Shown here: in pieces, positions 44,502-51,316 of the stretch | Layout: every line of letters begins with the position of its first letter | Position numbering within the stretch: position 1 is the stretch's first letter | NCBI GenBank assembly: GCA_944384545.1 | Contig: CALWTT010000016.1 | Coordinates: forward strand, 1-51,316 | Direction of reading: 5' to 3' | Source of the DNA: an uncultured Clostridia bacterium | Lineage (GTDB): Bacteria; Bacillota; Clostridia; Oscillospirales; CAG-272 | DNA: 51,316 nucleotides | The notes under the pieces: model-generated | Database searches by the model: none | What the model was told of the DNA's origin: nothing | The model's input: the letters and a program-made list of their open reading frames with translations, nothing else | Position numbers and translations under genes: made by a program

Positions 44502-45904
44502 TGCCCGAACTTCTTCCTTACATACCCGAAACCGTTACCGTGCACCTGGGTGCACCTGACCAGTCCGCTCAGAATGTAACCGTTTCCTTTCCCGACTATA
44601 TCAAAAACGTCGCCTCCAGCGAAATTTATCCCACCTGGCCCGAAAGCGCCATCCGTGCCAATATCTATGCGCAGCTTTCCTTCGCGCTCAACCGCATCTA
44701 TACCGAGTACTACCGCAGTCGCGGGTATCCCTTTGACATTACCTCCTCCACCTCCTACGATCAGGCATTTTTTAACGGGCGCGACATCTTTGACAACATC
44801 TCCCGCATCGTCAATGAAATTTTTAACAGCTATCTTGTCCGGCAGGGATTTGTTGAGCCGCTTTTTGCACAATACTGTGACGGATACCGCACGACCTGCG
44901 ACGGTCTGTCCCAATGGGGAACTGTCGAGCTCGCCAACCAGGGCTACACCCCCTACGAGATCCTCACCTACTATTATGGCGACAACATCGATATCGTACG
45001 CACCGACAATGTCCGCAGCATCACCTCCAGTGTGCCCGCCGTCCCGCTACGGCTCGGCAGCTCCGGCAACGAGGTCCTGCAGATCCAGCGCCGGCTGAAC
45101 CGTATCTCCACCAACTTCCCCGCCATTCCCAAAATCTATCCTACCAACGGTTTGTTCGGAAACAGCACCGAGGAGGCGGTCCGCGCCTTCCAGAAAATCT
45201 TCGGCCTCACACAGGACGGAATCGTCGGACAGGCGACCTGGTACCGTATTCAGTATATTTTCAACAGCGTCAAAAAGCTCAGCGACCTCCGTTCCGAAGG
45301 TCTTACTCTGCCCGACATTTCCCTCCAATTCCCCACCATTCTCTCGCGCGGCATGACCGGCGACGAGGTTCGTATCCTGCAATATTACCTCCGCTACGTG
45401 GCACAGTATATCTCCACCTTGCCGCCCCTCAACGTAGACGGGATCTTCGGCCCCGCCACCGAAGAAGCCGTCCGTGCCTTCCAGCGCACCTACGGCCTCA
45501 CCGAAGACGGAATCGTCGGGCTCGTCACATGGAATAAGCTCTACAATGTCTACCTCGGCCTGGTCAGTGACGTTCCTTACAGCGAGGTGGAAAACAATCT
45601 CGCACTTCCCTATCCCGGCATTCCGCTCGAACTCGGCGATGCAGGCGATCAGGTCCGTGCTCTGCAAACCTACCTGAACTATATCGCACGCTATGAACCC
45701 TCCATCCCTTCCCTTACACCCGACGGCATTTTCGGTGAGGCCACCCAGAATGCTGTGATCGCTTTTAAAAAGCAATTCGGATTGGAAGACCAAAGCGGAG
45801 TCGTCGGTCCCACCGCCTGGGCTCGTATTGCAGAAGTATATGATACGCTCTACCTTTCCCACCTGGCCGATGAAAGCCAGTACCCGGGATATGTTGTCGA
45901 ATAA
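44501..45904 (+). CDS. Peptidoglycan-binding protein: SpoIID/LytB-like N-terminal region plus three PG_binding_1 repeats
   Basis: 467 aa. The N-terminal roughly 170 aa resemble SpoIID (ESAIRANIYAQLSFALNR, DITSSTSYDQAF, GLSQWGTVELANQGYTPYEILTYYYG). Three repeats follow, of the type GxxGxxVxxLQxxL...DGIFGxxTxxAVxxFQ...GL..DGIVG..TW. Confidence 0.75.
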   Translation: MPELLPYIPETVTVHLGAPDQSAQNVTVSFPDYIKNVASSEIYPTWPESAIRANIYAQLSFALNRIYTEYYRSRGYPFDITSSTSYDQAFFNGRDIFDNISRIVNEIFNSYLVRQGFVEPLFAQYCDGYRTTCDGLSQWGTVELANQGYTPYEILTYYYGDNIDIVRTDNVRSITSSVPAVPLRLGSSGNEVLQIQRRLNRISTNFPAIPKIYPTNGLFGNSTEEAVRAFQKIFGLTQDGIVGQATWYRIQYIFNSVKKLSDLRSEGLTLPDISLQFPTILSRGMTGDEVRILQYYLRYVAQYISTLPPLNVDGIFGPATEEAVRAFQRTYGLTEDGIVGLVTWNKLYNVYLGLVSDVPYSEVENNLALPYPGIPLELGDAGDQVRALQTYLNYIARYEPSIPSLTPDGIFGEATQNAVIAFKKQFGLEDQSGVVGPTAWARIAEVYDTLYLSHLADESQYPGYVVE

Positions 45905-45916
45905 CGGAGGCCGCTT

Positions 45917-46435
45917 ATGTACGATATCACCGATCCGCGCAATGCCATTCGCGTTGTGCAGAGCTTTCTTCTTGAGATTTCCTATTCCACAGACGGGTTT
46001 CCCCATATCGCCATTGACGGCATCTACGGCCCTGAAACACAAAACGCCGTGCGCATCTTTCAAAGCAGAAACCGGCTCCCGGTTACCGGACGCGTCGGGT
46101 TTGAAGACTGGAATGCCTTGTACGACCGTGCCAATCTGGGAAAGCAAGCACGTACGCAGGATCCGGTTCTTCTTCCGCCATCCCTGCTCCCCCTTACGCC
46201 GCGCTCCAGCGGGACCCCCGTTTACCTGCTCCAGTCCCTGCTCCTTTCCCTCTCCCCCCTGTATTCCGATCTTTCCCGTGTCCGCCAGAACGGGCGCTAC
46301 GATCCCGATACACAATCCGCGGTTCGTGCCTATCAGGAACAACGACGTCTGCCGCCCTCCGGTATTGTGGATCTCCGTACCTGGCAGGCCATCGCCCATG
46401 ATTATCGTCATACCGGCGCCTACTCCCCTGCATGA
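45917..46435 (+). CDS. Peptidoglycan-binding protein (two PG_binding_1-like repeats)
   Basis: 172 aa with AACGGAGG upstream. Repeats: IRVVQSFLLEIS...DGIYGPETQNAVRIFQSRNRLPVTGRV and PVYLLQSLLLSL...GRYDPDTQSAVRAYQEQRRLPPSGIV. Confidence 0.7.
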   Translation: MYDITDPRNAIRVVQSFLLEISYSTDGFPHIAIDGIYGPETQNAVRIFQSRNRLPVTGRVGFEDWNALYDRANLGKQARTQDPVLLPPSLLPLTPRSSGTPVYLLQSLLLSLSPLYSDLSRVRQNGRYDPDTQSAVRAYQEQRRLPPSGIVDLRTWQAIAHDYRHTGAYSPA

Positions 46436-46476
46436 CCAACGCCATCACGCAAGACGCTGAAAACGGAGGATACACC

Positions 46477-48912
46477 ATGAAGCATTTTACCGAAAAAGCC
46501 GAACGCATTCTGCAGGCTGCGCTGGAGACGGCACGCGCGCTCGGTCATACCTATGTGGGAAGCGAACACCTGCTCCTTTCGATCGCTGAGGAACGCGACT
46601 GCGCCGCAGCACGCCTGCTCGACAGTCACGGCCTGGAGCCCCTGCGCCTGCGTGAAATCGTGGAAGATACTTTTGGTACCGGGAATCGATCTCAGGTGGG
46701 ATCGTCCGATATGACGCCAAGACTCTGCCACGCGATCGAGGTCGCCGCAGAAAGCGCCGAGCGTGGCGGTGCTCCTTTCATCGGCAGCGAGCATCTGCTC
46801 TATGCGTTGCTCGCAGAAGACGGGGCCGTTGCAGGAAAATTGCTCTCCGCCCTCGGCATCAGCTGCACCGATCTCCAAAGCGATCTGTCCGCACTCCTTC
46901 TGCTCGGAAAAAGCACGGAAACAAAATCTCCATCGAAAAAGTCCGGCAGCCCACTCGCCTCCTTACCTGCACTTTCCCAGTACGGGCGCGATCTTGTCGC
47001 GCTCGCACGGGAAGGGCGTATTGACCCGGTCATCGGACGGGAACGCGAAAGCCAAAGACTCATGCAGGTCCTTTGCCGCCGTCAGAAAAACAACCCCTGT
47101 CTGCTCGGCGAACCCGGCGTAGGAAAAACCGCCGTCGTGGAAGGTCTCGCCCTCCGTATCGCCGAAGGGGATGTCCCCTCCCCACTGCGCGATAAAATTC
47201 CGGTCGCCCTTGACCTGGGCGCCATGATTGCCGGCGCCAAATACCGGGGGGAATTTGAGGAGCGGCTGAAAAAACTCATGGCTGAGACCGTTGCCCATCC
47301 CGAAATTATCCTTTTTATCGACGAAGTACACACCATTGTAGGTGCCGGCGCCGCAGAAGGCGCCGTCGATGCCGCCAACATTATGAAACCAGCACTTTCC
47401 CGCGGTGAAATTCAGGTCATCGGCGCCACGACCCTTACCGAGTATCGCCGGCATATCGAAAAGGATGCGGCGCTCGAACGACGCTTTCAGCCCATCGAAG
47501 TGACAGAGCCGAGTGAAGAAGAAGCACTCGATATTCTGCGCGGTCTGTGCGAGCGGTATGAAAGGCATCACGGTCTGCAGATCCGCGAAGATGCCCTTCA
47601 GGCTGCCGTCCGCCTTTCCGCACGCTATCTGCCCGACCGTTTCCTCCCGGACAAGGCCATCGATCTCCTCGACGAATCCGCCGCACGTCTTCATATCGCC
47701 GCAGAAACCATGCCCGATGAGCTGAACCTGCTCTGTCGTCGCCTTCAGGAAACCGCGCGTGCCAAAGAAGAATGTATCCGACGCCAGGATTTTGAAGCGG
47801 CCGCCGCCTACCGTGACCGGGAACGTAAATTGCGCGAAGAACGAGAAGAAAAACAAAACGCATGGAGGGCTGCCGCACATGCCCCACAGGTCGGAGCCGA
47901 TGACATTGCACGCACACTCACACTCTGGACCGGTATCCCTGCCGAGCGCATCACAGAAAACGAAAGCGATCGCCTTTCACGCTTGCCCGACCTGCTCCGC
48001 AAACGTGTCATCGGTCAGGACGAAGCCATTGAACGTCTCTGCTATGCCATCCGGCGCAGCCGGCTCGGTCTGCAGGACCCGCGTAGACCCGTCGGCTCCT
48101 TTCTCTTTCTCGGTCCGACCGGCGTAGGAAAGACCGAGCTGGCTCTCGCACTCGGTGAAGCGCTCTTTGGAGACAGAAAAGCCCTTATTCGCCTCGACAT
48201 GTCCGAATATATGGAAAAGCAGAGCGCCGCTAAGCTGATCGGAGCCCCGCCCGGTTATATCGGCTATGATGAGGGCGGCATCCTGACCGAAGCGGTCCGG
48301 CGGCGTCCTTATGCCGTGGTCCTGTTCGATGAAATCGAGGAGGCGCATCCAGACGTATACAATCTGCTTCTCCAGATCCTGGATGACGGTTCGCTGACCG
48401 ACTCCCAGGGGCGCCGCGCCGACTTCCGCAACACTGTGATCCTGATGACCTCCAACGCCATCGGCCGTGTCGCTGCCACACCAGGCTTCGCCCCCGACGG
48501 AGAAGTTTCCCACCGGGAGCCGCGGCACGCACTCACCTCGATCTTCCGTCCCGAATTTCTCAACCGAATCGACGATATCCTCTATTTCCGGCCTCTCGAC
48601 CGGCAAGCCTGTACCGCCATCGCAAAGCGGCTGCTCGAGGAGTGCCGGGAACGCGCAATGCATGCCGGGATTGACCTCTCTGTCGGCGAGGGGGTCGACG
48701 CAGCCCTCGCGGAAGCCGCCTACGACACCGCTTACGGCGCTCGCCCGCTCCGCCGTGAAATTATACGCACCGTGCAGGACCGTCTTTCGGACCTCATGCT
48801 CAGCGGGCGTATCCACCCGGGCGATCGGGTCTTTCTCGTCCTGCGCGACCGAAAACCCGTCTTTCTCACCTCCGATGATGCACCCGTCCCAGAACATGCT
48901 CCGCTCGCATGA
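46477..48912 (+). CDS. clpC: ATP-dependent Clp protease ATP-binding subunit, ClpC-type
   Basis: 811 aa counted from [19 protein letters not shown] (Clp_N repeats; ACGGAGGA upstream). Walker A motifs are [10 protein letters not shown] and [10 protein letters not shown]. Has a UVR-like segment ([15 protein letters not shown]) and a ClpB D2-small C-terminus. Confidence 0.9.
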   Translation: MKHFTEKAERILQAALETARALGHTYVGSEHLLLSIAEERDCAAARLLDSHGLEPLRLREIVEDTFGTGNRSQVGSSDMTPRLCHAIEVAAESAERGGAPFIGSEHLLYALLAEDGAVAGKLLSALGISCTDLQSDLSALLLLGKSTETKSPSKKSGSPLASLPALSQYGRDLVALAREGRIDPVIGRERESQRLMQVLCRRQKNNPCLLGEPGVGKTAVVEGLALRIAEGDVPSPLRDKIPVALDLGAMIAGAKYRGEFEERLKKLMAETVAHPEIILFIDEVHTIVGAGAAEGAVDAANIMKPALSRGEIQVIGATTLTEYRRHIEKDAALERRFQPIEVTEPSEEEALDILRGLCERYERHHGLQIREDALQAAVRLSARYLPDRFLPDKAIDLLDESAARLHIAAETMPDELNLLCRRLQETARAKEECIRRQDFEAAAAYRDRERKLREEREEKQNAWRAAAHAPQVGADDIARTLTLWTGIPAERITENESDRLSRLPDLLRKRVIGQDEAIERLCYAIRRSRLGLQDPRRPVGSFLFLGPTGVGKTELALALGEALFGDRKALIRLDMSEYMEKQSAAKLIGAPPGYIGYDEGGILTEAVRRRPYAVVLFDEIEEAHPDVYNLLLQILDDGSLTDSQGRRADFRNTVILMTSNAIGRVAATPGFAPDGEVSHREPRHALTSIFRPEFLNRIDDILYFRPLDRQACTAIAKRLLEECRERAMHAGIDLSVGEGVDAALAEAAYDTAYGARPLRREIIRTVQDRLSDLMLSGRIHPGDRVFLVLRDRKPVFLTSDDAPVPEHAPLA

Positions 48913-48989
48913 TTTGCAAGCGACACGCTTGAATCTTTCATTTTTCATGCCTTTTTTTCATTTTTTTTGCTCTACCTGAATATGCTCTC

Positions 48990-50403
<1,414 letters not shown>

Positions 50404-50487
50404 TTCCCTCTTGCCGGCCGTCTGCCGTGTATCTGCTTTTACATATGCCGTACACACGCGTCGTCACGGTTTTATAACAGTACCACA

Positions 50488-50530
50488 GAATCCCCGCTTC
50501 TGTTTTCCCACAGAGGCGGGGGTTCTTTTT
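50488..50530 (+). terminator. gdhA intrinsic terminator
   Basis: GAATCCCCGC (50488..50497) pairs with GCGGGGGTTC (50516..50525) with one G.U pair, followed by TTTTT. Confidence 0.75.
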
Positions 50531-50588
50531 CCTTCGTTGGCCTTTTTTGTCTTCGGCGGAACTTTCCCGCAAAAAAGCCGGTAAAAAG

Positions 50589-50617
50589 TGGACATGCCCG
50601 TATTTCTGTGCTATAAT
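50589..50617 (+). promoter_or_regulatory. Extended -10 promoter upstream of the MBL-fold hydrolase leader
   Basis: TGGACA (50589..50594), 17-nt spacer ending in TGC, TATAAT (50612..50617). It lies about 150 nt upstream of ATG 50768. Confidence 0.65.
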
Positions 50618-50767
50618 ATTGATAGTACATTCTTCATTCTTCCTAAGCAGGACAGGTTGCACTCCAAGCGATGCGGCATCGTCCCTCTGCATCCTTCGGA
50701 TGCCAGCGGATCCTTTTCCTCCCACAACCGCCTGCCGCACCCACGCTTTTTCCGGAAAGGAGTCTTC

Positions 50768-51316
50768 ATGCAGATTGAATGCTACGGCGGAGACGGATTC
50801 GCCTCCAATTGTTACCTGCTCACCGACGACGCGCAGCGTGCCGCCATTCTGGTAGACCCTTCGACAGACCCGAAAGCCCTCCTGCAACGCAGGAGAAAGC
50901 CTCTCCCGCCGCTGCGTTGTATTGTCCTGACCCATGCCCATTTCGACCACATGCTCTGTCTTGATGCCTGGCGCCGGGAAACCGGCGCGCCGCTGGCCGT
51001 CCATCGCGACGATGCACCGGCCCTTTCCAATCCCACCTATAACCTGTTTCGCCTGTTCACCGGAAAGAACACGGTTTTTGAACCGGCAGATCTTCTTCTC
51101 AAAGAAGGAGATGCACTCCCCTGTGCCGAGGAGTCCTTGCGCGTTCTCCACACCCCCGGGCATACACCCGGATCGGTCTGCCTTGCGGCAGGCGGGCTCC
51201 TCCTGACCGGGGACACACTCTTTGCCGGCGATATCGGCAGAACCGATCTCCCAGGCGGCGATACCGACGCCCTCCGCCTCTCTCTCCGACGGCTCGGCGC
51301 TCTTTCCGGCGATCCT
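50768..51316 (+). CDS. MBL-fold metallo-hydrolase (glyoxalase II-like), 3'-truncated by the window end
   Basis: Not in the ORF track because it has no stop codon in the window. My own translation from ATG 50768 (GGAAAGGAG upstream) gives MQIECYGGDGFASNCYLLTDD...CIVLTHAHFDHMLC...LHTPGHTPGS...TGDTLFAGDIGRTDLPGGD, open to the last base. Confidence 0.85.
   Translation, partial: MQIECYGGDGFASNCYLLTDDAQRAAILVDPSTDPKALLQRRRKPLPPLRCIVLTHAHFDHMLCLDAWRRETGAPLAVHRDDAPALSNPTYNLFRLFTGKNTVFEPADLLLKEGDALPCAEESLRVLHTPGHTPGSVCLAAGGLLLTGDTLFAGDIGRTDLPGGDTDALRLSLRRLGALSGDP

Noticed and set aside
39552-46411. ORFs at 39552..40799(+), 41856..43220(+) and 45047..46411(-), each longer than 400 aa. Also 49012..50457(-), opposite gdhA.
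   Set aside because: They are antisense to the LRR gene, prs, the PG-binding genes and gdhA. The sequences are compositionally biased and lack starts with an SD.
50726-50745. CCGCCTGCC in the MBL leader, which resembles the 3' CCGCCUGGG element of ZTP (pfl) riboswitches.
   Set aside because: The upstream conserved ZTP sub-domain sequences are absent and the match itself is imperfect. The downstream gene is also not a purine or folate gene.

Overview
This window looks like high-GC Firmicutes/Clostridia chromosome from a spore-former, since cwlD, yunB and an FtsH/TilS/Hpt block are present. That taxonomic placement is inference from gene content. About 42 protein genes are packed with short gaps, and most are core housekeeping. 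On the minus strand: an EF-G paralog, radA, cwlD, then ftsH-hpt-tilS-dnaB-rplI-gdpP-yybS. On the plus strand: recG, rarA, a lipid kinase and comEC. Further along: ychF, prs, clpC and gdhA. Accessory-looking content is limited. It comprises a tandem-GNAT gene behind a terminator-containing leader, a DMT-PAS-DMT transporter operon, and a Xer-like recombinase convergent with an HTH-TPR regulator. It also includes a five-gene biotin-dependent Na+-decarboxylase-type operon with two different carboxyltransferases, an orphan OmpR-type response regulator convergent with a 953-aa BspA-like leucine-rich-repeat surface protein, and a three-gene peptidoglycan-binding module. I found no rRNA, tRNA, CRISPR array, IS element or prophage, and no clear defence island. 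The most unusual observations are listed here. (1) The EF-G paralog has its catalytic His replaced (DTPGY) and NKxD changed to NRFD. (2) The decarboxylase operon is a composite of two enzyme types. (3) An uncharacterised leader with an intrinsic terminator sits upstream of the tandem GNAT. (4) A nested GC-rich structure and a 28-codon ORF lie between two terminators at about 20.56-20.71 kb. All functional calls come from motif recognition by eye on the supplied translations. None has been checked against a database.
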